Positions 1-10,692 of a stretch of 64,000 nucleotides of DNA are shown in pieces; positions within the stretch are counted from its first letter, which is position 1, and every line of letters begins with the position of its first letter. The notes below the pieces were generated by a model. The model had not been told where the DNA came from, searched no databases, and saw nothing but the letters and a program-made list of their open reading frames with translations. The stretch spans positions 197,431-261,430 of the forward strand of contig PDIP01000063.1 of the NCBI GenBank assembly GCA_002811645.1, read 5' to 3'. The DNA comes from Corallochytrium limacisporum Hawaii (lineage: Eukaryota > Protista > Pluriformea). The translations under genes and the position numbers were made by a program.

Positions 1-477
1 CTTCAGGGCAATGGTGAGAGCTCCGTGTCCACCCATGGAGTGTCCTGTGATGGAGATCCGTTCACCATCGATAGGCAGGCTAGCATTGACCAGCTCTGGG
101 AGCTCCCTGGTGATGTAGTCGTACATGTTGTAGTTCTTCTTCCACGGCTCCTCCGTGGCGTTGAGATAGAAGCCGGCACCGCTGCCAAAATCATAGGCTT
201 CGTGCTCTCCGGGCAGATCGGTGCCACGAGGGCTGGTGTCGGGCACGATCAAGGCAATACCCTCCTCACTGGCATACTTCTGAGCGCCACCCTTGGTTAT
301 GAAGTTCTGATCCGTGCAGGTGAGGCCCGAGAGATAATAGATGGCCGGCACTTTACCGGACTCGGCTGCTGGAGGCAGATGTACACTAAAGACCATCTCA
401 CAGTCGAGGACGGTAGATTTGTGCTTGAACTGCTTGGTGTAGCCACCGAAGGCTTTGACGGAACTGACTTCCTCCAT
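1..477 (-). CDS. ESD: S-formylglutathione hydrolase / esterase D, 3' end runs off the window
   Basis: Not in the ORF track because it has no stop in the window. Hand translation from ATG 477: [36 protein letters not shown]...[23 protein letters not shown]...PDTSPRG...[28 protein letters not shown]...[13 protein letters not shown]. Contains the family motifs LSGLTC, PDTSPRG, GAGFY and the nucleophile elbow GHSMGG. Confidence 0.95.
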   Translation of the reverse strand, partial: MEEVSSVKAFGGYTKQFKHKSTVLDCEMVFSVHLPPAAESGKVPAIYYLSGLTCTDQNFITKGGAQKYASEEGIALIVPDTSPRGTDLPGEHEAYDFGSGAGFYLNATEEPWKKNYNMYDYITRELPELVNASLPIDGERISITGHSMGGHGALTIALK

Positions 478-1126
478 TTTGCTTCGGTATGAATTCTTTC
501 TATTGAACCTAGAGTTCCTTTGTTATGTGTGCCGGTTCGCACTGGGCTTCGATTGTGTGTCGATGGCACTCGGTTTGAAATAGACCGGGGTAGCCATACA
601 ATGGATACATAAGACAGCAAGTACGAAACAATGCCATTTGAATCGAGAATGTCTGCCGCGTTATGTAACACACGCTGTGCCGGTGGTGGTGTGTCTCCTC
701 CGCATCCAGCTCCGATGATTTGGCATTGTCCGCCTTTCGCCACCAGCTCCGAAGTCAAAGGGAACAAAGACAAAACACCGGCCCGAAGAAAAAGACCCGG
801 GGAAAGGGGGGCGGGGGACGATAAAGAAATTGGTCGTAATTCGCTTTAATTTCAGTCATATTTTTTAAAGATGGTGTGGATATTGTAACTTGCCCCAGTG
901 TTAGTGGGTGCTCTTATGGTGGGTGTTTGGTTATGGTTGTTGAAGAAAGGGCTGAGCAACGGGGGTCGCTCCAGAGTGATGTAACGACACCAAGGCGGGG
1001 CACATCTCATGGTTCTTTTTTCTTTTTTCTGTTTGGGTCTTTGTGGGTGCGTGTGGTTGTGATGAAATGAGGGAATAGAAGGTGGATGGTGGTTGATGAT
1101 GATGGAGTTGTTTGGCGTGCTGTTCT

Positions 1127-4100
1127 CTACACTTTCAGATGCTGACGGGCCGAACCCCAGGCACGGTGGTCACGCAGGTATTGGTTCAAGGCGCGGACCC
1201 ACTGATTGCGCTCTTTGTTACTGGAAGCGCTGAAGTAAACCTCACGGTCTGCATTCTTCAGGTCACGGAGCACAAACGAGTACATGCGGGCGCACTCTCC
1301 GCTCTTGCATTTGTGCACACTGTCCGTGGCAATGGACATGCCGTCGAAGATGGAATCATGCGTTTCAAAGTGGAATGCATTGCTCGGACCCTGGTGTTCC
1401 ACAGGGGACACGGTTAGACCGTTCTGACGGTCCAGTCGTGCGTTCATGATAGCCCAGATCTGGCGACCGTCCTCGACATGCATGTCGAGGTAGCCATCGA
1501 TGACGGACTGGTCTTTATCCAGATTGCCCTCAACAACGGTTCCGAGCTTCATGCGACATTCTCCGGTAATGATACCACGATGTTTCCATTCCTTGACAGA
1601 GATAAGGCACTGGGCCTGGTGACCGTTGCCGTGTAGATAATGTCCGAGCATGTCACGCACGCTAACATCCTTTTCGGCAATCTTAATGCTGCCCCGTGGA
1701 AGGGCGGGTACGGACGGAGGCGCGTTCTTGTAGTCAGCATCACCGTCGTGAGCGTGGTGAGACGTATCACGCAAAGGCTGCACAGGGGCAGGCTCCAGCA
1801 GGTGGATCACGAAGGAAAAGCGGGAGGTTGGTTTAACTCCAGAGAATTCCAGTTCTTCCGGTAGAACAATCTCCGTAATTCCGTTGACGTTGGAGAAAAC
1901 GTTGCGAGAGTAGGCCTGTGTGCGCTTGGTCACGGTCGTGGCGCTATTCTCGGGATCCTCTTCCATGGCATCATAGCAGCATAACTCAACAAACAATTCA
2001 AGAGGAGTGGCTGCACCAGCTTTGCCAGCGGGACGCTCGTGGTTGGGGGTCAGGGGGATGGCAATTTCCTTGACCATGACCTTCAGGGTGCTGACGTTGT
2101 CGCTGCTGCCCTTTGCACCCTCTGCGGTCTGAGCGGCGTGTGCTTGCTGCAAGGCAATCACCGTCTCACACTGGCGCTCGACGTTGTTGCCATCGGCTTC
2201 ACCGATGCGGTGCAGGACTCGCTCGTACTCGGCCAGGTGGCCAGCGAGCGCCTGGTTAGCTTCAAATACTTTCTTGATCGCTTCCTTGCGCATGCTCTCA
2301 CTCTCCACATATTGACTCGCGTATTTCTTGGCGCCCTCACGCAGACCGAGCTCAGTGCTAAGCAGACGGCGGCACTCCTCCAGACGTTTCTTGGGATTCG
2401 TCTTCGCAACCATCTTCTCGTAGCGGGGGTTGCTCAAGTCCACATTCTGCTGCTGGTTCCGTCCCGATTGTTGCATCTGATCCTGTCCGTACTTTTGGTA
2501 AGCACTAGGTGCCGGAGATGGAGGTTTCATGGGTGGGTTGCTGCCTCCACGCCGAGCGTTTGAGGCGCCGTTGCGCCTCAAAGTATGGCGGAGGGAGCCA
2601 AACTTGTTCGAGTTAGCGGGAGAAGCATTGATGGTCCTGCTGGAGGCCGAAGAAGTCTTGGTGATCAGCGATGTAGTGCGGGTAGGAGTCGATGGCCGCA
2701 TCGGACTGTGGCCGGAGCTATTAAGACTCACACCACGTGGAGGCGGAGGCGGGCGCACAGGCTGCACCTCTCCATTGGAGTTCAAGACCATACCCATCTC
2801 AGCCTCTGCCTTGACAGCACTACGCTTGCGGCCAGATGATGTCCGAGGTGCCGGAATCTTGGACGCAGAGGTAGGCGTGCGAGGACCGCTGTCGTCGAAC
2901 AGAGAAGAAGCCAATGCTCTCTGTTCAGCCTCCTTCTGTTTCTTAAAGGTACCCATGATGGCCTCCTTAGAGAAGCGAGACGGCTTGCGCGTCAGCTTCT
3001 TAGACGCAGAGGACGCCAACTGAGCAGCAGCGGCCTTCTCAGCTTCCTTACGCCGCTGTTTCTCTTCATCCATTCCGCCCAGACCACCAAAGCCCATAGA
3101 CAAAAAGTCCTCACTGCTGACCATGTCATCGTCCGTGTAGGTCGGGGTAGGTCCGGAAAGACGCTGCGCGGGAACATCGTTGTCCTCCTCAGTGGGGGGT
3201 GCGGGTTCCTGAACCATCTGCACCCTCGGCTTCGTTTCAGATTCGGTCTCCTTCTCGCTGATCTTGATTTCTTTCGTCTGTTTGGTAATCTGCGCAACCT
3301 GCTTGACCTCAACCTCCTTCTTCTCCTCCTCCTTGATCACATCATAGAGGGCATCTACCGCCTCTTCCTCGGCACTCTTCCGCACCTCCAATTTCTCGGC
3401 AGCGATCTTGACTTTTTCTTCCGTCTTTGTCTCTGCAGCAGCGGTGGTGTGCTCCTGTTGGAGTCTTTGCTCCTCGGCCATGACTCGCTCACGCTGACGA
3501 GCCAATAGCTTCTGCAGCTGGCTCGGCTCTTCGGGTTCCACCTCCTTCTTTGTCGGAGTGGGCCTAAGGCTTGTGATGAGCGGGCTGGATTTACTGGTCG
3601 TGGTCGGTGTTTTCTGTTCCTTCTTTCCACTGTTCTGTTGCTGCTTAACAACCCGATCATAGATAGGAGCCTCGTTCTTCTTCGGGGTGGTGGTGACCTT
3701 GGTAGGGAGGACGTTCTCCTTAACTTCTTCCTGGGACTTGACTTCATCAATCTTATCAAGGGACCGCTGGGCGTGAAGCTGGGGGGCGGCGGCGGGTTTC
3801 GATTTCTGCAATTGGGGAGCGCTGGGAGGCGTGGGTTGCGCCAGCTTCTGCTGTTGCTGCGGCTGTTGCACGGGCTGACGCACTGGAGATTGATCAAACG
3901 GGTTACCCGGTCTGGAAATCTTCTTTTGAACGACAGCCTCCAGTTTCTTGATAGGAGAGGTCTCCCTGTCGCTGTTTGTATCGTTGCCATCATCAGCCAT
4001 TACGGTAGCGAGGCGGTTACCGAAATTGTTTGATGAGCGCAGGGTGCGGGAGCGTGAGGCCCGCAGTGCTTCAGCACGCGCAGCGGCGGCGTCAAGATTA

Positions 4101-4453
4101 CCACCAGCACCGGCCGCTTGGCGGGCGCGGAGATCCTTGAGAGAGGTGAAGGTACCAGTGTTGGTGGGCTGGTCCTTCTCAAACATCGATCGATTCTGCC
4201 CGAAAGGGTTGGTGTTATTGCCGGACTGTGCCTGCAATGCCTTACGCTCCCGGCGCCAGGTATCGAAGTCAGTGACCGAAGCCGCGGTACCCTTAGAAAT
4301 GTCCGCTGCAGAGCCGCGCTGCGTGGAGAAGCCAGCGGCACTGCCGGTACCATAGCCCGTGATCGACCCGCGACCAATGGGCACGTCCTTGCCACCACTG
4401 CCGTTCTCATCGGCTTTGTTGAACCGAGCGGCCAGTTTGGAAACCAGCGGCAT
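1127..4453 (-). CDS. Anillin/rhotekin-family cytokinesis scaffold (disordered N-terminus, Rho-binding HR1-like helix pair, C2-like anillin homology domain, PH domain)
   Basis: 1108-aa ORF. RLEECRRLLSTELGLREGAKKY...EAIKKVFEANQALAGHLAEYER resembles the rhotekin/anillin RBD. VMVKEIAIPL...LPEELEFSGVKP resembles the AHD. The C-terminal PH domain ends YFSASSNKERNQWVRALNQYLRDHRAW, like anillin. Confidence 0.8.
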   Translation of the reverse strand: MPLVSKLAARFNKADENGSGGKDVPIGRGSITGYGTGSAAGFSTQRGSAADISKGTAASVTDFDTWRRERKALQAQSGNNTNPFGQNRSMFEKDQPTNTGTFTSLKDLRARQAAGAGGNLDAAAARAEALRASRSRTLRSSNNFGNRLATVMADDGNDTNSDRETSPIKKLEAVVQKKISRPGNPFDQSPVRQPVQQPQQQQKLAQPTPPSAPQLQKSKPAAAPQLHAQRSLDKIDEVKSQEEVKENVLPTKVTTTPKKNEAPIYDRVVKQQQNSGKKEQKTPTTTSKSSPLITSLRPTPTKKEVEPEEPSQLQKLLARQRERVMAEEQRLQQEHTTAAAETKTEEKVKIAAEKLEVRKSAEEEAVDALYDVIKEEEKKEVEVKQVAQITKQTKEIKISEKETESETKPRVQMVQEPAPPTEEDNDVPAQRLSGPTPTYTDDDMVSSEDFLSMGFGGLGGMDEEKQRRKEAEKAAAAQLASSASKKLTRKPSRFSKEAIMGTFKKQKEAEQRALASSLFDDSGPRTPTSASKIPAPRTSSGRKRSAVKAEAEMGMVLNSNGEVQPVRPPPPPRGVSLNSSGHSPMRPSTPTRTTSLITKTSSASSRTINASPANSNKFGSLRHTLRRNGASNARRGGSNPPMKPPSPAPSAYQKYGQDQMQQSGRNQQQNVDLSNPRYEKMVAKTNPKKRLEECRRLLSTELGLREGAKKYASQYVESESMRKEAIKKVFEANQALAGHLAEYERVLHRIGEADGNNVERQCETVIALQQAHAAQTAEGAKGSSDNVSTLKVMVKEIAIPLTPNHERPAGKAGAATPLELFVELCCYDAMEEDPENSATTVTKRTQAYSRNVFSNVNGITEIVLPEELEFSGVKPTSRFSFVIHLLEPAPVQPLRDTSHHAHDGDADYKNAPPSVPALPRGSIKIAEKDVSVRDMLGHYLHGNGHQAQCLISVKEWKHRGIITGECRMKLGTVVEGNLDKDQSVIDGYLDMHVEDGRQIWAIMNARLDRQNGLTVSPVEHQGPSNAFHFETHDSIFDGMSIATDSVHKCKSGECARMYSFVLRDLKNADREVYFSASSNKERNQWVRALNQYLRDHRAWGSARQHLKV

Positions 4454-5012
4454 GATTTGTATGAATGAAAAGTTGTCGTTGGGCTGTTCAGGGGTTGTAT
4501 GTGTTGTCTAATCCCATAGAACAGGGTTTACGTCGTATGATACCTAGAGCACTCAAGTGGTGGAGATCATTCAGTACGGACCAGTTTATACCTTTACGTC
4601 TAACAACGCAAATGACACGAACTGTTGAGAGCGAAAAGAAAAGCCAAAGCGCTAAGACGAACAGAACTGGCTATCAAACAGTCGCAGAAGCAGCGTCGCT
4701 AACGAACCGTCCAAACAGTGCCGCGTTCTTTTTCGTCTTACTAATCATTTAACGTTCTGGTGTCGTTCGTCGTTCCGTTGTGTGAAAACTAAAAAGTTTA
4801 GAAAAATGCTCTTTGTTTGTGGAGAACCCTTGCCGACTGGGCGCGCCGTGATGTCTTCCTGGTGACCAAGGAACCGAACAACAAGGAAACAATGAGGACA
4901 GTACGCGATAAACAGCACACACACACAACACACACGCACACAGCGACCGCAGCCCCAAGGTTTGCTGCTGCCCTTTACCAGAATCCAAACCGCCCCCTTT
5001 TCCCCGGCCGGC

Positions 5013-5027
5013 TTTCGCGGCGCGAAA
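5013..5027. promoter_or_regulatory. Palindromic double E2F/MCB-type site upstream of the anillin-like gene
   Basis: TTTCGCG-G-CGCGAAA is a perfect inverted repeat and contains TTTCGCGC on the minus strand. A further TTCCCGCGC (minus) lies at about 5343-5351. Confidence 0.5.
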
Positions 5028-5448
5028 CGGCCCAATTTCTTTCTTTCGTCTCCCCCAATTTTTTTTCTTTTTTGGCTTTACTTCACTACCGCGGACAGGG
5101 CGGCGATGTGTCTGGTGAGTCTGGTGTGTGTGTGTGCTTGCTCGCAGCTAAGGGTGCCACGGTGGGGAGGGGGGGGGGTTTAAAACACGGGGACGCCAAC
5201 CCTTCCCCACCACCGCCAGCCCGTTCGGACCGCGCGCGGGCAAATTGGCTTTTGGCCTTCTCCCTTGCCTCTGCGTGCGTTGGTTGGGGGGGCGGGTTCT
5301 CCACGGGGCGGCGCGCCGTACATTTTCTATAGAAAACGATTTGCGCGGGAAGGCTTCAAAGGGCCCTTCCCTTAGAACCCCCGCTTCCCAGCAGCAGCGA
5401 AAAGCGGGGCCGAGGGTAAAAAGACCGGCCTTCCCCCACCCCCCCCCC

Positions 5449-5659
5449 NNNNNNNNNNNNNNNNNNNNNNNNNNNNNNNNNNNNNNNNNNNNNNNNNNNN
5501 NNNNNNNNNNNNNNNNNNNNNNNNNNNNNNNNNNNNNNNNNNNNNNNNNNNNNNNNNNNNNNNNNNNNNNNNNNNNNNNNNNNNNNNNNNNNNNNNNNNN
5601 NNNNNNNNNNNNNNNNNNNNNNNNNNNNNNNNNNNNNNNNNNNNNNNNNNNNNNNNNNN
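5449..5659. other. Assembly gap
   Basis: N-run flanked by poly-C. Confidence 0.99.
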
Positions 5660-6742
5660 CCCCCGGGACTCCCTACTTTTGAAATATCTCTCTGTCTCTC
5701 CCTCCCTCCCTCCCTCTCTCTCTCTCTCTCTCTGTGCCCAGATTTTATCGATTACTTTTCTTCGGAAGGGAGGGGCAAATTGGGACAAGCAACACAAAAA
5801 AGGGACTCCGCGCACGCAGGGGACTCAACACCGCCGCCTGTTCGGTAGTTAAAGCGAAGGGGGACAGACCAACCCCCAGAGAAATAAACACGAAAAAACC
5901 AATTTTTACTTTTTCCTTGTCCGTTGGGGTGTGTGTAGAAGAGGGGCAGGGAGGGGAAGAGAGGGGGAGGGGTTCCCCCCCACAACCAAGGCGGTCCCGC
6001 CCAAAAAGAAAAAGACCCAGACAAAAAGAAAATACCAGGGCCCCCACCCCACCCCACGCTTTCTCACTCTTTAAAAAGAAAAAAATTCCCTCGACGTTTG
6101 AAAAAAAGAAAAACTCAAAAGGAGGCCCGGAGCGGGGGAGGGGGGTATTTTGCTTTGGTTTTTCTTCTGCCCTTTTTTTCTTTTACTTTGTCTTTCTTCT
6201 GGTCGGGCGTGTGTTAAGCGTTGGGCCCTGGTTCTTCAACTTTTTCCTTTTCTTTTCTTTTCATGTTTCTCCTTTGCTTTGTTGCGGCCGATTTCACTTT
6301 TCTTCAGTATAGCGTCTCTATGGGACGTATTCCGCCGAACAACCGTGGAGATAAGGAATTTGGCTGTTTTTAAACTTTCCTTGTTTTTATTTTGTTGTCG
6401 ATGGCTCCCCTGCACTACCCAGGCCCGCGCTGTGGTTGCTGAGTGAGCAATGTTAGCTGGAAACCTAATATCAATGAAAATTATAATTATACGGTTTAGT
6501 GATGAAAGAGGGTCCGGGTGGGGACCCGAGGTTGAGCCGGTGGGGTCCCGAGGGCACTCAGAGAACCGTCTTAGTTGTCCCAAGGGAATGGATTCGACTG
6601 TGTCCGGTATCACGGAGAGCTAGCGAACAAAATGTGGCACGCATCGGTAGCGGAAAAAGAACTTAAGAAGTGATTTACATGTTTTTAATAATCATAATGT
6701 ATAATGGCATGGCACAGAGTTTGATGGAAAATGGAAGTGCGG

Positions 6743-8212
6743 TCACTCGCATGCGAGCTTGTTGTGGAACGAAGTCAGGGCAATGCAGAAGGCCTGCTGG
6801 GCGCTAAGGGGAAATGAGTAGTCTAGTGTAAAGATATCAGCACTCACTTTGCCCATTTGCAGAATGACATAGTCGGGATCCTTTGGATAGCACAGCTGAA
6901 AGTTTTTCACACTGGCCATGGTCACGCGTCCACGGAAGTCAAGTGTGTAGCTCTGGATGTCGTCGTTCCAATGCGGCATTTTGTTCTCGACAGAAATTGT
7001 CTTCTCCCGCATTTTGGGGTCCTTGCAAGCATCCATGAGACTGGGAACGCTCCGTCCGGTGCGCCACTGCAATCTCTCACCATCGACCGTGAAGCCAGGA
7101 ATAACCACATTCATCTTGCGGGGCCCCCGCATACCTAAGATGTTGCTCTCGTACGTGACGTTGGCAATCTCTGGGTATTTCGTCAGGTCCGTTTCCAGAT
7201 CCTCATCATCGTCAAAGGCTCCCATGTAGTCGCTGGTATGATCAGTCCAATGGAAATTAGCACTGGCATGCTCTTCATGCTCTTCCCGCGGACTGATATT
7301 ACCAGGCGACTGCGCTTCATCCTTGCCCAACGGTGGAGCGTTTGGGTTCAATCGCGATGGAGAGGCTGCTGTACGACCTTGAAGCACACTATTGCTCGTA
7401 CTTGCTTGATCCCTGCGGGTTTTCTGCTGCTGCGACTGGTCGTCGCATAAATCAGAGGTTGATCCTCCAAGGGACAGAGCACTGAGATCCGGTGCTTGCT
7501 GACCGCGCGGGCTTGCCTTCGCCGCCATTCGCTTCGAACGTGGACTGGCCATCGGTGACGAAGCGGCTTTAGCAAATTTTCCTAGGTCCGTCAGAGACAC
7601 GGCCTTACGGACTCCTACGGTAGTCAGGTCGTAGCACTTGAACTTTAAGCCGAGGAAGTTCGACCGCACCCGGGCGATAGCGTTATCTAAGTTTGCTTCC
7701 CGCTCAAAGCTGATAATGTAATTCGCACTCTGTCCCTTTCCCAACCGTCTAGATGTCATGCAGAGCCGTCGGGTGTTGGTGGTGCGGTCCTCAACGTAGA
7801 GTCGAAACATACCTCCGTTTGCATTTACCCTTTGAATGTGACAGTATAGTTTCTTAGTCGGCGGTGCTGGCCGCATAGCAAAGTCGACCATGTCTGTGGC
7901 ACTACCGTCCCACAAAAAGTTCTCACTAATCTGTAGAGGAATGACCGCTGCGCTGTCTTCACCGTTGGGCCCTGCGGTCCCGCCGCTGGCCTCGAAACGC
8001 TCATGTTCGATGCTTGGTCTTGATCGCAGAGGTCTTCCACGAGCATCCATGGGGATGATAGAGTCACCTTGATTTCCCCGTGGGGTGTGAAGCTCCTCCT
8101 CCTCATCACCGGGCATGCGTTGGTCGTCCTGCTGATCCTCATGAAGCGAATCTGCGCTTGACTCAAAATGACCACCCATGTTACTCAAGGGTGGAATATA
8201 AGGGCGCGACAT
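6743..8212 (-). CDS. Tubby-like protein
   Basis: 489 aa. FAMRPAP...CHIQR, ANYIIS, RVRSNFLGLKF, YESNILGMRGPRKMNVVIP, NKMPHWND...YTLDFRGRVTMASVKNFQL, and the C-terminal AFCIALTSFHNKLACE are Tubby-domain motifs. Confidence 0.96.
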   Translation of the reverse strand: MSRPYIPPLSNMGGHFESSADSLHEDQQDDQRMPGDEEEELHTPRGNQGDSIIPMDARGRPLRSRPSIEHERFEASGGTAGPNGEDSAAVIPLQISENFLWDGSATDMVDFAMRPAPPTKKLYCHIQRVNANGGMFRLYVEDRTTNTRRLCMTSRRLGKGQSANYIISFEREANLDNAIARVRSNFLGLKFKCYDLTTVGVRKAVSLTDLGKFAKAASSPMASPRSKRMAAKASPRGQQAPDLSALSLGGSTSDLCDDQSQQQKTRRDQASTSNSVLQGRTAASPSRLNPNAPPLGKDEAQSPGNISPREEHEEHASANFHWTDHTSDYMGAFDDDEDLETDLTKYPEIANVTYESNILGMRGPRKMNVVIPGFTVDGERLQWRTGRSVPSLMDACKDPKMREKTISVENKMPHWNDDIQSYTLDFRGRVTMASVKNFQLCYPKDPDYVILQMGKVSADIFTLDYSFPLSAQQAFCIALTSFHNKLACE

Positions 8213-10692
8213 TGTAAACGGTTGCGAATATTCTGTGTTTTCTGTATTCCTTATCTTCTATAGACTGTCTGTACACTAGATTTGAACCCTTCCGGGTACC
8301 CTGTCAAAGATTCCTTGCCTTGCTTTCCTTACCGTTGTTAGCCAACTTTGTCCCTGACACAAGCTATTTTATTCACGGTTGCAATTAGATCTCTCAATTT
8401 TGCGAATATTTTTCTTTGAATTAAATCCTAAGTTTCAATACCTGAAAAACACATACAATAGGCAAGGAATTCAGAAGATTCACGCAAAGGAAATGCATGC
8501 CCCACGTCCCATTGGCACCGCTCTCACCTTTCTCGGTGTACCCCAGCTTCGGGGAGTCACCCCCCCCCAACCCTCCTCGGCGATGCGTAGCACCCAATGC
8601 ACGCCCTATGGAAAACAAAGGCGGAGAAGCAAGGTTCACAGCGGGAGAGCCTCAAATGGCCAAACCCCCTCACCTCCTCCTCCTCCTCCTCCCCGGTCTC
8701 CTTCCCTACCCTTAGAGATCCCTTAAAAAGCCGGGCCTACCCGCCGCCAGAAGAAGGGGGAGGGGTGGTCCTGCCTCCTTCTTCTTTTTTTTTCTTTTTT
8801 AACTTCCGGTTTCTGACCACCACTGAGGTCCAAACATTTTCAACGAGAGTGAGTATTGGGGGGGGGGGGTAGAGGATTGATTGATGCCCAAGGACCATAA
8901 AAGGGGAAGGGACCTAGGGAACCCACCACCCCCCCTTTTTTTTTTGGTTGCGCCCGGTACACTTGCGAGTCAATTGCCAATTTTGAAGGGTGTCAGCGGG
9001 CTAAACTTGGGGATCCAATTCTTGGGACCCGTGGCAGCGGCCCACCAATCACTCGGCCCGACATGAATGAATCGTCATTTCTTTATTCGATCCAGGCAGG
9101 CAGCCTCAGAGCCTTGCTCCTTTTGACTGTCTTCGTTGTTTCTCTCTTTGCATTCTTCCAAGCGGGGGTGGATGATGGTCGGGTTAGCTAGTTATACAGT
9201 TCAAGTAATGGCGGAGGCTCCGTGTTGGTTGGAGAACCACCGCCTGCTGAACATGACCCGAAGGCAGACGGAAAGAATGGACGTCGTTTGACCACTACCA
9301 CTCTATCACGACGTATACCACGTTCACTTCTTTATGGTCAGACAACGAGTACATAATCTATAGAGTTGGTAGAAAAGGAGTATCTTGGTCAGATGGGTTG
9401 AGTGGGAGAAGTGTAAACGAAGCAAAACAAGCACAGCATCACGCAGTCTTCTCTCATTCCCGCCTCCTCCAATGGAAATCCGAAGACCGCAGAGCTCACG
9501 GACAGTTTGATCAAATTCCGAAACAGACCCACCCGCTTGTGTCTGCCTGCCTGGGGCCTAATTGCTCTCCTTCCGTTGCCGCCCCCTGTGTGTGTATGTC
9601 TGTGACTGAGTATTGTCGTTGTTGCGGCCCCGCTGTTGCCGTCTTTGTTACTAACCACCCCGTCCTCCCCACCACCGCTCCCCTCCCGCAGGCAAGGGGG
9701 GCGTTGAGTCAGGTGTGTTGCCCCGCCGTGGGTTTTTCTTACAAACGAGCTCGATCAATATTTTACCGGATTTTACCCTCGCCGCCAAACCCACCCGTAT
9801 CACACCTGCCAAACCAAGAGAAGAAAAATGGGAGGGAGAAGGGGGGGGCCTATAAAAAAACGAAAACCATCCGAAAACACGACCATCATTAAATAGGCCC
9901 CGAAATTTAGGTCCCCCCTCCATCTTCCCTTCCCTCCCTTTCTTCCGGCTCCTCCCCCCCCCTCCCCCAAAAACCGCCGTACATAGAGGCGATCCCCCCC
10001 CCCCGGGGGGCAGCGATCGCGTCGGGCCTAATTTCATCCAAGGTGCAAAAAAAGACACGAAGGACGGGCGAAAAACGACCGGAGAAAGGGGGGCCGGGTC
10101 AAAGTGTCCAGGGGCCAGTCGTCGACCCACGGGCACCGGGGGTTTTTCCTTTTTGCGCCGTGCGTGCAGCAGCAGACACGGACGAAATTGGGGTGATTCG
10201 CAAGGTGGAAAGGGACAATTGCTGACCGGAAGTACCCGCAAGTGGGATTATAAAAACGTCCGTATAAAATAATTTGCATCTATAAATATATTCAAGTCCT
10301 AACCCTAGAAAAAAACTCCGCCGTGACATACCCCCCCTCTCCGCGGGCGGGCCCGCTCTCTTGCCCGTCCTCAAAGTTTTTTCCTTTCTCTCAGCAGCAA
10401 TGAACTACTACCAGCGATTGCCAAATCCCTCCCCTCCCGGGGGAAAGGGGGAAGGCCAGCACTGAAATCTCGTGTGCAGTGACACGTCCTGTTGCGGGTT
10501 CATTCTTTGATAGCTAATCGTGATAGATGAAGTTATTTATGTGGGCATGCGCTCCAGGAAGGAAGATATGTATCGTATGGAGCGATACACTTTGTAAATA
10601 AGACGTTATATGATTATTAGGTTGGTGAGACCGTGACAGTAAGTATACTACTTGCCTTTGTTTGGTAACAGAAGTAGCGTATCACTGAGGAG

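Noticed and set aside
25-492. 155-aa plus-strand ORF and similar long antisense ORFs (e.g. 13753-14622, 44281-45678, 42625-43263)
   Set aside because: Antisense shadows of real genes with biased codon usage.
10299-10308. CTAACCCTAG as a telomerase RNA template or interstitial telomere
   Set aside because: A single short copy in promoter context (others at about 15695 and 49134); better read as a telo-box-like site or chance.
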